A stretch of DNA of 32,387 bases. Origin: Parvularia atlantis (taxonomy: Eukaryota). Under the pieces are notes generated by a model, which worked only from the letters and a program-made list of their open reading frames with translations, made no database searches and had not been told where the DNA came from. A program made the position numbers and the translations under genes. Below, piece after piece: positions 10,882 to 20,694 of this stretch (position 1 is its first letter; every line of letters begins with the position of its first letter). The stretch covers positions 1 through 32,387 of the forward strand of contig CALSCO010000849.1 of the NCBI GenBank assembly GCA_943704415.1, given 5' to 3'.

Positions 10882-12399
10882 CTACAGACCCACGTTGGGC
10901 GCTCGGTCGGCCCGGGCGAGCTCGCCGCGCCAGTCTGCCAGCCGCGCGACCTTGCGATCAAGCACCTCCTGCCGCAGCTGCACCGCCAGCTCGCGCTCGT
11001 GCAGCAGCAGCGCGGCCTCCTGGTGCTCGGCGCGCTCGGCGTCGCTCGCGTCGGGGCCGGGCGTGTGCAGGTGCAGCTCGGCGACGGCCGCGGCGAGGGC
11101 GGCGCGCTCGTCGTCGATCTCGCGGCGCTGGTCGGCGAGCTCGGCGGCCGTGTTGTGCACCTGCAGCGTCAGCAGCACGCGGTCGAGCGAGCGCTCGACG
11201 TCGTCGGCCGTGCGCAGGACGTGGTACGCGGCGCACATGAGCGGCGTCATCTGCAGCCGCGGGTTGGCCCAGTCCTCGTCCTCGACCTCGTCCACGCGCC
11301 GCACGCGCTCGCCGCCCGCCAGCGTCACCACGCCCGCGTCCAGCAGCCGCTGCACCTCGGCCACGGCGCGGTTGGCGGGCTGCCCGGCCGCGGCGACGAC
11401 CTCGCTCAGCCGCGCCGTGCCGCGCGGCCGCACGAGGCCGGCCAGGTCCGTCACGATGCCGACTTCGTGCCGCGTCGGCGCGCCCGCCAGCGCCTGCAGC
11501 ACGCGGCAGAAGCGCACGATCGGCGCCGACGCGCGCCCGTCGTTGTGCTGCTCGACAACGTCGGCCGGCGGAAGCAGCGCGCGCAGCCGCGCCGTGCGTG
11601 TCGCGCGCATCGCGTCGAGGGCCGCGTACACGTGCACGTCGCCGTTGCGCACGGCCGTGCCGAGCTCGACGACATCGCCGACGTGGCGCCCGACGGCGTC
11701 CAGCACGCTGTCGATCTCGTCGTCGTGCAGTCGCGCCGGCAGCAGCTCGCGCAGCAGCGCACGCGCCTCGTCGCGCTCGAGGTCGCCGACGAGCAGCTCG
11801 TGCGTCGCCGCGGGCGGGAGCAGCGCCGCGTCGCGCCACAGCAGCAGCACGACGGCGCCGGCGCGCTCTGCCACGGCCTGCAGCACGTCGTGCAGCCGGC
11901 GCTGCTCCGCGGCGTCGGCGATCGCGGCGCGGCGCACGTCCAGCACGAGCACGCCGGGCCGTGCGAGCGCCGCCGTGTCGCGCGCCACGTCCGCGAGTCG
12001 CACAGCAGCCGTCGTCTCGTCCACGTCGACGTCGCGCAGCCGCTGATCACGAAGCGCCGTGCGCAGCGCCGCGTCCAGAGCGCCGTCGACGCGCGCGTAG
12101 ACCACGCCCGTCCGGCCCTGCAGCGCCGCGCGCACGAGCGTCGTCTTGCCGGCGCCGGCCGCGCCCGTCACGGCCACGATCGCGCCGCGTCGTTCGGCGT
12201 CGTCCGCGATGCCGCGCAGCGCCGTCGCCAGCAGCGGCCGCGGCGCGAGCGGCGCATCGGGCGGGAGGGGCGCGAGCACCGTGCGCACGGGCTGCGGCAG
12301 CGCCGCCGTGTGACGCCGCAGGTCGGCCGCCGCAAAGGCCGCCGTCAGCGCGACGCCGATCAGCGGTGGCACGACGATCACCGCGCGCTGCAGTCTCAT
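10882..12399 (-). CDS. P-loop NTPase-domain protein with N-terminal hydrophobic anchor and C-terminal coiled coil, intronless
   Basis: MRLQRAVIVVPPLIGVALTAAFAAA N-terminus; Walker A IVAVTGAAGAGKTT at about 12142-12165; Walker-B-like GVLVLD; helical tail (LADQRREIDDERAAL). Confidence 0.7.
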   Translation of the reverse strand: MRLQRAVIVVPPLIGVALTAAFAAADLRRHTAALPQPVRTVLAPLPPDAPLAPRPLLATALRGIADDAERRGAIVAVTGAAGAGKTTLVRAALQGRTGVVYARVDGALDAALRTALRDQRLRDVDVDETTAAVRLADVARDTAALARPGVLVLDVRRAAIADAAEQRRLHDVLQAVAERAGAVVLLLWRDAALLPPAATHELLVGDLERDEARALLRELLPARLHDDEIDSVLDAVGRHVGDVVELGTAVRNGDVHVYAALDAMRATRTARLRALLPPADVVEQHNDGRASAPIVRFCRVLQALAGAPTRHEVGIVTDLAGLVRPRGTARLSEVVAAAGQPANRAVAEVQRLLDAGVVTLAGGERVRRVDEVEDEDWANPRLQMTPLMCAAYHVLRTADDVERSLDRVLLTLQVHNTAAELADQRREIDDERAALAAAVAELHLHTPGPDASDAERAEHQEAALLLHERELAVQLRQEVLDRKVARLADWRGELARADRAPNVGL

Positions 12400-12535
12400 G
12401 CGAAGTCGGCAACGTACACGGTCATGAAGTGCACAGCACCTTCGCCAACGTGCGCGGTCATGAGGTCCGCCTCGAACGTACACGCTGTCCTACACACGTC
12501 GTCGTGGTCGTGGTCGTCGCCGCGATCAGTCGCGA

Positions 12536-15500
12536 TCACCCTGGCCGCCGCCGTCGTCGCAGGCTGTCGGCTGCGGCGTCGTCGCCTCCCATTGCGCCGT
12601 CCACGCAGTCCGTGCTGTCCGCGCCAATGCCGTCCGCGCCAATGCCGTCCGCGCCAATGCTGCCGCTGCCGCTGCCGCTGCCGAGCTCGAACGCGACGCC
12701 GGCGCCGTGCGAGAACGAGCGTGCGGGCCGCTTGGCGCGGCGCGTCTGTGCGCGCAGCGGGAAGGTGACGACGGCGGCGCCGAGGAGCATCGCCGGCACG
12801 AGGCAGCTGAGGAGCCAGCGCAGCTGCAGGAAGAGGTAGACCTTGCGCACGGGGTCAGACTCGGCGGCGGCGTCAGCGGCGGCGCCGCTGGTCGGGTCGC
12901 GCGTGAAGGCGGCGCAGTTGCTGGGTAGGACGGCGCTGCACTCGTTCCAGAGGATGCAGTTGACACGGTGCATCGAATGGCACAGGAGCGGGCCGTCGTT
13001 GCACTTGAGCGTCTGCACGTTGGCCTTGGGCGGGTCCAGGCTCGAGACAAGGTCCTGCGCCGTGTTGATGTTGATCGCGCGCTCGAGCAGGAGCGGGTGG
13101 TGCACGCCAAAGAGCCGCTGCGACCACACGATACCGGGGCTGTTGAACGCGACCGGCACGACGATGACCTCGTTCGGCCCCGCGCCGCGCCCACGCTGCC
13201 GAAGGTCCTCCACGAGAAAGTGCGCGACGACCTGGCTGATGGCGCCGCCGAGCGAGTGGCCGACGAGGAAGACCTTGTGCCGCCCGCGGCGCGGGACGAA
13301 GCGGAGCACGTCGTGCGCGACCGAGACAAAGCGCTGGAAGAGGTCGTCCGAGGCGATCTTGTGAAAGACGGCGCGCGCGGTCTCGTCGGCGGCCGTGCCG
13401 TTGCCGCCATCCGACTCGCTCGGCAGGCGCAGGATGCTGTTGAGCACGGTCACGCCGAGGAGCTGGTTGCGCAGCAGGAACAGGTTGAGCGACGCGAGGG
13501 TGTCGTCGGTGAACAGGAGGCGCCACGGCATCATGAACGGCAGGCCCTGCAGCACAAAGTGCAGCCCGACCGACGCAAGGAAGATGCGCACGTCGGTCAG
13601 CACGTCGCCGCCCGAACTGCGCACGCGCCGCGGCGTCAGCACGCGCGGTGTTGCGGCGCGCGGGCGCACCTGGTGCCACGGAAGGCAACAACGGTCGCGC
13701 CGCGCTGGCGCCTGGCGGTCGCCGTCAGAAACACCGCTGCGTGACGCATGTACGCACGCACCACACGTTGACGAGGCCGTTGACGAGGCTCTCCTGGAAG
13801 ACGAGGCCCGTGAGGCGCTCAAGCTTGTCGACGGCGTGCGGCACGCCCTCGGCCGCGCCGTAGACAACGTCGGCGACGACGCTGAGGTGCTGCACGCGCA
13901 GGGCGCGGTCGGGCACGAAGACTTCGTCGGCGGTGCAGGGTGGGCGCGTGTCGGGCGCGATGAGATCCGGGCGCGGCGAGACATACCCGGCCGCGGTCGC
14001 GTTGGCGGCGTGCACAGGCGGCTGGTTGAAGACAAACTGGCACGCGGGCAGCAGCGACTGGTGGTCGCTCTCGCGCGGGATGACGGTCATGCCGTGCACC
14101 AGATCCACGCCGGGCTGCACCATACGTGCAGCCGTGTCGACGCCGTACAGCGTCGTCTCGTTCATCCAAGTAAGCGTGTCGGACGACGCGTGGCTCTCTG
14201 CGCGCACGCCGGTGAGCCTCGACAGCGCACGCCGCCTCCGCGGCCGCACCGCTGTTGTTGTGCAGGCGGTACGCGCCGAGCGTGGCCACCGCGAGCAGCG
14301 CGATCACGCCCACGTGCAGCGACAGGTTGCGCACGGAGGCCTGGCGCCGGCGGTTGCCTTCGGTCGCGAGGCTGACGGCGAGGAACGACTGGACGAGGCC
14401 CGTGAAGTGCACGAACGGTTTCTGCGACGGGTGTGTCACGCACACGCGTTGTGGAAGCAAGATCGCACCTCTGGCACGACGGCAAAGAGGCACATGCGGC
14501 AGAAGCGCAGCAGCAGCACGTACGGCGCGCGGACGATCTGGCGCGCGCAGTAGACGAGGTGGCTCGTCACGTGCGGGTTGAACGCACCCGAGTCGCTCGT
14601 GGACATGTGCCTGTGTGCGCGCATGCGGCCGTCAGCGTCACACGGGGCCGCGGGAGCGTGCGTGCACCAGCCCATGAGGGTCAGGATCGTGATGTGCAAG
14701 AGGTGCTGCGTGGCCATGCGCGCACACCGGTTGATCAGGTCCTCGAGCACGTCGACGCGGTCGGCACGCGAGCGCTCGCACAGCGAGCCGCAGGAGCCGT
14801 CGGCCGGGGCGACGGGCAGAATGAGCCACGAGTAGAGCGCAAAGTTGAGCAGGAACACGGCAAAGGTGCTCGCCTGGCGCAGGAAGGCGAAGCGCGTCGG
14901 GGCGAGGCGCTGGACGAGCGCGGCGCCGACGCAGTAGAGCAAGATGAGCGACCACTCGAGCGCGCCGTTGGTGAGGGCGACGTCGGGCATGACGACGAGC
15001 GCAAAGCAGACGTTGCTCCACAGCAGGTCGCCGAAGCGCTCACGCGCCTCGCGCGGGCGGCGGAAGGGCGGGAAGATGCGCCAGACGCTGTGGAGCATGT
15101 CGGCGAGCGAGGGCGGGGCCGGGCCGGGCAGGCCCTGGAAGATCGGGTTCTCGAGCACGTGGTCGGCGGTGAAGCCGACGCAGAGCATCATAAGCACGAG
15201 CAGGACCAGCTTGAGGGCGAACGTGACCCAGGTGCTGATGGCGCGGGCGTTGTGCGAGACGAGGTACGGCAGGTCGGCCACAAAGGCGTGGCCGGCGCCG
15301 GCCGCCTGCTCGAGCAGCGACGCGAGCGAGGTCGTGCTGGCGTGGGCGGCGGCGTCCCAGGCGAGCGTGTTGGTGGCGAGGAGGGCCTGGGCGAAGCTCT
15401 TGTGCGGCCCGAGCAGCCACTCGCCGAGCGGGCCGGCGGCGGCGGGCACGATCGAGTGCCAGAGGCGCTGCAGCGCGAGCACCGAGCGCGGCCACGTGTC

Positions 15501-16085
15501 CGGGAAGCTCTGCCAGACGCCGGTCACAAGCACGCCGAGGAGGAAGGCGAGGAGCAGCACAACGACTGCGCGGCGGTGCATGTCGCGGTTGTGCTGCAGG
15601 CCGCGGCCCATGCGCGATGTGAGCACGTCCGACTGCTGGTGCAGCTCGATCAGGCGCGGCACGACGACGATGAGCTGCGCGAACGCGGCGCGATCGGCAC
15701 GTGCCACGCGGCGGCGATCGCGCGGGCGCGGCGTGCGCACCATCCACGCCGACGTCCAGACGCGGCCCCAGCGCTGCGCGACGACGAGCAGCTCGACGAG
15801 ATCGGGCGATCCGCCCGCGAGCACGCCGCCGCCGTCGGCCGCGAGCACAAACACGAGGTCGACGATGCCCTCGACGATGACTGTCGTTCGCGCGCGATGT
15901 CGGTCAGGCACGTTGCCGCGCGACACGCGTAAGCACGCACTGGCCATCGTGCGCACGACAAAGAGGATGCCGACGAGCACGATGCTCGTGCGGAACAGCA
16001 CCAGCGGCGACAGCGCCAGGCGCCACGGCGCCGTCCAGAGCGGCGCGGGCGCGACGTCGGCCGTCTCGCCGCCCTCCGCCACCAT
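12536..16085 (-). CDS. Multi-pass membrane protein with C-terminal class 3 lipase domain
   Basis: Many hydrophobic segments in the 5' exons, then [21 protein letters not shown] (nucleophile elbow at about 13244-13261), AFNSPG, a candidate catalytic Asp in QDLV, a candidate His in CHSM, and a final TM segment. The introns checked join the parts in frame. Confidence 0.82.
12617..12660. repeat. 15-nt tandem repeat, about 3 copies, encoding (GIGAD)n in the lipase tail
   Basis: gtccgcgccaatgcc repeated directly. Confidence 0.85.
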
Positions 16086-16205
16086 CGGGACCGCCCTACG
16101 TGGCCCCCGCGATATGCACACATGGTCGTGCTGCTGATTCGCGTCGCGCGCTGGGTGTGGCCGCGGCCGTTGCGCGTTCTCCTCTCTTCTCGTCTCTCCT
16201 TCGCG

Positions 16206-17953
16206 ATGTCGACGACGGGCCCGGGCCGGTCCGTGCTGACGGGCAAGCAGCAGGAGGAGCTGTGCGTGTCACCGCTGCTGCTGCCGTGTGCGCGGTGGCG
16301 GCGGCCGCTCACGTGCGCAACAGCAACCAGGCCGTGCTCGACTACCTCCACGAGGCCGGGTTCAAGGGCGCGTTCGAGGCGCTCGCGGCCGAGGCCAGGC
16401 TCGAGCACGTCGCCGACGGCAAGCAGAAGTACTCGGGGCTACTGGAGAAGAAGTGGACGTCGGTCATCCGGTTACAGAAGAAGGCGCGTCTCCTGTCGTC
16501 TTCCCGTCGTCGTCCGTCGTCGTCGTCGTCGTCATCGCCTGACCGGCGCATCCGGCGCGCGCGCGCGCGCAGGTCATGGACCTCGAGAAGCAGGTCGCGC
16601 AGCTGCAGGAGGAGCTGTCGAACGCGCCCGTGCGCAAGCAGACGTCGTCGGTCGACTGGATCCCCAGGTGGGCGCCCCGTTCCCGTGCAGGCCGCGTGCT
16701 CATTGCGACCGTGGCGCGCGCATAGGCCACCGGAGAAGTTTGTGCTCACGGCGCACCGCAGCCCGATCACGCGCGTCACGTTCCACCCGGTGTTCTCGGT
16801 GCTCGGTGCGTTGTGCTTGACGCCGATGCGCTTGACGCCGATGCGCTTGACGGTCGCCGCAGCGTCGTCGTCCGAGGACGCGACCGTCAAGCTGTGGGAC
16901 TACGAGACGGGCGAGTTTGAGCGCACGCTCAAGGGGCACACGAACGCGGTCCAGGACGTCGCGTTTGACCCGAAGGGCACCGTCGTCGGTGCGTCGCAGC
17001 ACGAGAGCGCGCGGCGGTTGGGCCCTGACACGAAACACGCAGCGACGTGCTCGGCCGACCTCACAATCAAGCTATGGGACGGGACAAACGAGTACGTGTG
17101 CGTAAAGACGCTCTTTGGGCACGACCACAACGTGTCGGGCGTCGCGTTCATGCCCTCGGGCGACGTGCTCGTGTCGTGCTCGCGCGACCAGACGATCAAG
17201 ATGTGGGAGGTAGCGACGGGGTGCGTCCTGCCACGCTGGTGCGCGCGGCGGCTGATGCATGCGCAGGTACTGCGTGCGCACGCTCAAGGGGCACAGCGAC
17301 TGGGTGCGCCGCGTCCTGCCCAACGACAACGGGTCTCTGCTGGCCAGCTGCTCGAACGACCAGACCCTGCGTGTGTGGGACCCCACGACGGGGGAGTGCA
17401 AGCACGAGCTGGTCGGGCACGAGCACGTGGTCGAGTGCCTCGCCTACGCGCCGCGCACGGCCATCCCGGCCATCCGCGAGCTGATCGGGGCCAAGCCGGA
17501 GCCGGCCAGCGCGGCCGCGGCGAACGGCGAGGGCCCGCCCGCGCCGTACCTGGCCTCGGGCTCGCGCGACCGCTCGATCAAGATCTGGGACCTGGTGACG
17601 GGGCAGTGCGTGCACACGCTGGTGCGCCTTTTGTTGTTGTGGGTGCGCGGGTGCGTGCCGACGTCCCGCTGCAGACGGGGCACGACAACTGGGTGCGCGG
17701 TGTCGTGTTCCACCCGTCGGGCAAGTTCCTGCTGTCGTGCGCGGACGACAAGACGATGCGCGTGTGGGAGCTCAAGAGCGGGCGATGGTGCGTTGCGCAG
17801 TGAGTGATGAGCGCGGCTCACAAGCGCGCACGCAGCCTCAAGACGTACGAGGCGCACGGGCACTTTGTGACGACGATCGCGTTCAACCTCAAGAGCCCCG
17901 TCGTGGCCACGGGGAGCGTCGATCAGACGGTCAAGGTGTGGGAGTGCCGCTGA
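16206..17953 (+). CDS. PAFAH1B1: LIS1/NudF/PAC1 dynein regulator (LisH + coiled coil + WD40); about 8 introns
   Basis: [100 protein letters not shown]. Confidence 0.97.
16815..16852. repeat. 15-nt tandem duplication (gcttgacgccgatgc, about 2.5 copies) in a LIS1 intron
   Basis: Read directly; it multiplies the candidate branch-point motif TTGAC. Confidence 0.8.
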
Positions 17954-18036
17954 CGGGCTTGTGTGTCTTTCTTTGTGCGTGTGTTTCTGCGTGTGTTGGT
18001 CGTCTCTGAAGGCAGCACAAGCGGGGGGGCAGGCGC

Positions 18037-18690
18037 TCACCCGGATGTGGCGCGAAGGACGCCGCCATCCGCGACGATGCGCCGCACGATCGCCGCGATG
18101 TTGCGCGCGTCGTCGATCCCGCTGTGGTGCCGCCCGACCAGCGGCAGCCCGAGCGCCCCAAGCATCTCGGCCATGCCGCGCCCCTCGCGCCGGTACGTGT
18201 CGCGGTACGCGTGCTTGACGTTGCACCAGCGGCGCAGGTACGGCGGCACGGCGGCCGCGGCGATCCCGGACGCGGCAAACTGGCGCGGCAGCATCGTCTT
18301 GAGGTCCCAGTCACCGCAGGTGACGAAGAGCACGCGCTGCGCGAGCACGTCGCCGCCGCTGACGTGCTCGCCGCTGCCGACGTGCTCGCGCAGGAACGCG
18401 TCGAGGCGGACGAGCGCGTCGACAAAGCTGAGACCGCCGTCGACCTGCGCCTGCGTGATGCCCGTCAGCTCGCGGCAAAACGGCGTCAGCTGTGGCTCGA
18501 CGACGGGCTTGACGTAGGTGTGCAGCTCGGCGACGTGCTTGACCGTGCGCCGCGCCTTGCCCGTGCCGGTCGCGTCGGGATCGTCGCACAGGCGCAGGAG
18601 CACAACGGGCAGCTCGATCACCTCCTGCGTGGCGAAGGCGCGGTCGCGGTCGCACGTCGCCTCAAAGTCGAGCACGGCAACGTAGTCCAT
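18037..18690 (-). CDS. ERI1/ERI3-family DEDDh 3'-5' exoribonuclease, intronless, no SAP domain
   Basis: VLDFEATC, EVIELP, PQLTPFCRELTGITQAQVD, VTCGDWDL, GRHHSGIDDARNIA. Confidence 0.93.
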   Translation of the reverse strand: MDYVAVLDFEATCDRDRAFATQEVIELPVVLLRLCDDPDATGTGKARRTVKHVAELHTYVKPVVEPQLTPFCRELTGITQAQVDGGLSFVDALVRLDAFLREHVGSGEHVSGGDVLAQRVLFVTCGDWDLKTMLPRQFAASGIAAAAVPPYLRRWCNVKHAYRDTYRREGRGMAEMLGALGLPLVGRHHSGIDDARNIAAIVRRIVADGGVLRATSG

Positions 18691-18765
18691 GGCCTGAGCG
18701 AGAGGGGCAAGCCCGCGGTTGCGCAAGTGGCGGCACATTAGGCGGGACCCGAAGGTTGGCGTGGC

Positions 18766-18772
18766 AAAAAAA
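18766..18772 (-). terminator. RNA polymerase III oligo-T terminator (T7) for the tRNA
   Basis: A7 on the plus strand, 7 nt past the tRNA 3' end. Confidence 0.8.
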
Positions 18773-18779
18773 GAATGAT

Positions 18780-18852
18780 GGGGCCCGGCGGGAGTCGAAC
18801 CCGCGCCCTCTCCGACCCAAACGGAGAATGATAACCACTACACCACGAGCCC
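18780..18852 (-). tRNA. tRNA-Pro(UGG), intronless
   Basis: GGGCTCG/CGGGCCC acceptor stem, A-box TGGTGTAGTGG, anticodon arm CTCCG-TTTGGGT-CGGAG, T-loop GGTTCGACTCC, discriminator C, no encoded CCA. Confidence 0.95.
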
Positions 18853-18928
18853 ATCCCAAAGATGGGCGCGGGAAACGCCTAAGGCCCGTACGTTGTGCGG
18901 GTCTCGCCCAACCGTGCGTTGTGCGCGT

Positions 18929-19811
18929 TCAGATCGACTTGGCCAGCCGCTGCGACTGCGGCAACAGCTCCTCACGCTTTTGCAGCAGTACGTTGAAGAA
19001 CGCGAGCAGGCGGTTGCCGATGCGGTTCTTGCGTTGGCTCGCGGCGATGTTGGCGTCGACCTGCGGGCGGCGTGGGTGAGCGAGCGCGGCAGCCGGGCGC
19101 GCGCGCACCGACGGAAGCGTGTTATCGGAGGCCGAGAGCGAGACAAAGTACATGAACTGCGCCCGCGAGCCACGTGAGCCATGCGTGCGCGATGGACGCG
19201 CAAGCCGGCGCACCGGCACGAGCCACACGCAGATGGCGAAGAAGGTGACGATGTCGGCGAAGCGGTAGTACTCGTTCGTGAAGTAGTAGAACCACCAGAA
19301 GTGGTCCGTCAGCACGAGCACTGCATGTGTATGTGTATGTCAGCCGCTCCGGCCTAGCGCGAGAAGGAAGGGCGCGCACCGCAGCTCGCGATGAAGACAG
19401 GCGACGTCAGCTCGATGAAGGGGAACTCCTTGAGCAGCAGCGAGTAGAACCCGTGGCAGGCCATCGAGAACCATATGTGCAGCATCGGGTACCCGTCAAG
19501 CAGCCACAGCAGCGCCTGCACGACGACGACGCCCTGCGTGCGCACGTACGCGAGAGCACGAGAGCACGTGAGCGCGCGGCTGGTCGCGGCAGCAGGGTGG
19601 CGCGCGCGCACGATGGTCGTCCAGCGGATGACCCTCCGCGTCATGACCGTGTGCTCCTCGACGATCTCCGCGAGGTAGTACAACGAGCCGGCTGTGCACG
19701 CGCACCGTCAGCACTGAAGCCGCCGGTGATGCGGCACGCACCGAGGCAGACGGTCGCGAGGCAGAACCCGCCGACCGCGGCCACCCACACGAGCACGTCC
19801 ATGAAGTGCAT
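18929..19811 (-). CDS. TEX261: SVP26/TEX261 ER-Golgi cargo adaptor (Erv26 family); about 5 introns
   Basis: SLYYLAEIVEEHTVMTRRVI, FPFIELTSPVFIASC, DHFWWFYYF, FAICVWLVPFMYFVSLSASDNTLPS. Confidence 0.92.
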
Positions 19812-19918
19812 CGCTGCTCGGTGCGGACGTGTCGGCGCGTGGGCGTGATCAGCCCAGCCAGGCGAAAGGCGTGGCGGCGTGTCACCATTCGCTCCTCGTG
19901 ACTCGCTTCGCTGCTCCG

Positions 19919-20608
19919 ATGGCGTCGTCCTACGCGCCGGTCTCGGCGGCGGCCGCGGGCGACGACGCGTTCGGGGAGCAGCGCGAGTTCTGGCTGGTGC
20001 AGCCGTCGCTGCGGCTGAACGAGAGCCAGGTGCGGGCGCGATTGGATGGGCCGGCGGCAGCACCGGATCACTCACCGCCACCAACGGCGCAGATCCGCGT
20101 CGGCCTGCGCGCGGTCGAGTTTGTGCTCGCCATCGTCGTGTTTGCCGTGGCCGTGTCGGCGGCCGACTTGATCTCGATGCCGGGCTGGAACGGGTTCTAC
20201 GTGCTCGTCGCCGCCCTCGCCTTCGTGATCGACCTCAGCCTCGTCATCGCCTACTGCTACGCAGACCCGCTCGCGGGCGAGGACGCGACCGTGGTCGGCG
20301 TGACGCTGGTCGAGCTCATCGTCACGGGCGTGTGCGTGTCGCGCGCGCTCGTTCTGCCCCGCTGCCGCGGCCCTCACGCAGGCGACCGCGCGCGCAGCTG
20401 GGCCGCGCTCTGGCTGATCGCCGCCGCCGTGTACCTCGGCAACGTCAACACCGACATCACGAACGAGCTTGACAGGGCGCAGGCGCGCGTCGCCGGCGCG
20501 TTCGGCATCATCTCGTGCGTCGCCTGGACCGGCTCGGCCGTGCTCGGATACCGGCAGTACCGGCAGGGCAACGTCATGTCAATCGGCCGGCCGTCGGCCA
20601 ACAGCTGA
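19919..20608 (+). CDS. MARVEL-domain four-TM membrane protein; 2 introns
   Basis: LRAVEFVLAIVVF (TM1), VELIVTGVWAALWLIAAA (TM3), AGAFGIISCVAW (TM4). Introns at 20030-20092 and 20332-20397. Confidence 0.8.
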   Translation: MASSYAPVSAAAAGDDAFGEQREFWLVQPSLRLNESQVRARLDGPAAAPDHSPPPTAQIRVGLRAVEFVLAIVVFAVAVSAADLISMPGWNGFYVLVAALAFVIDLSLVIAYCYADPLAGEDATVVGVTLVELIVTGVCVSRALVLPRCRGPHAGDRARSWAALWLIAAAVYLGNVNTDITNELDRAQARVAGAFGIISCVAWTGSAVLGYRQYRQGNVMSIGRPSANS

Positions 20609-20694
20609 CGCGCGCGCGCGCGCTTACTTCTCAAGAAACTGCTATCGTGTCCCTCGTGTTCCTGTCTATCACCCCTTTCAGACACACGCCCCCT

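Noticed and set aside
12617..12680. Short direct repeats as a possible CRISPR array or element terminus
   Set aside because: No unique spacers; they are simple tandem repeats within coding sequence.
16100..17803. 567-aa ORF covering LIS1
   Set aside because: A composite of exons and read-through introns; the spliced model from 16206 restores the conserved LIS1 sequence.
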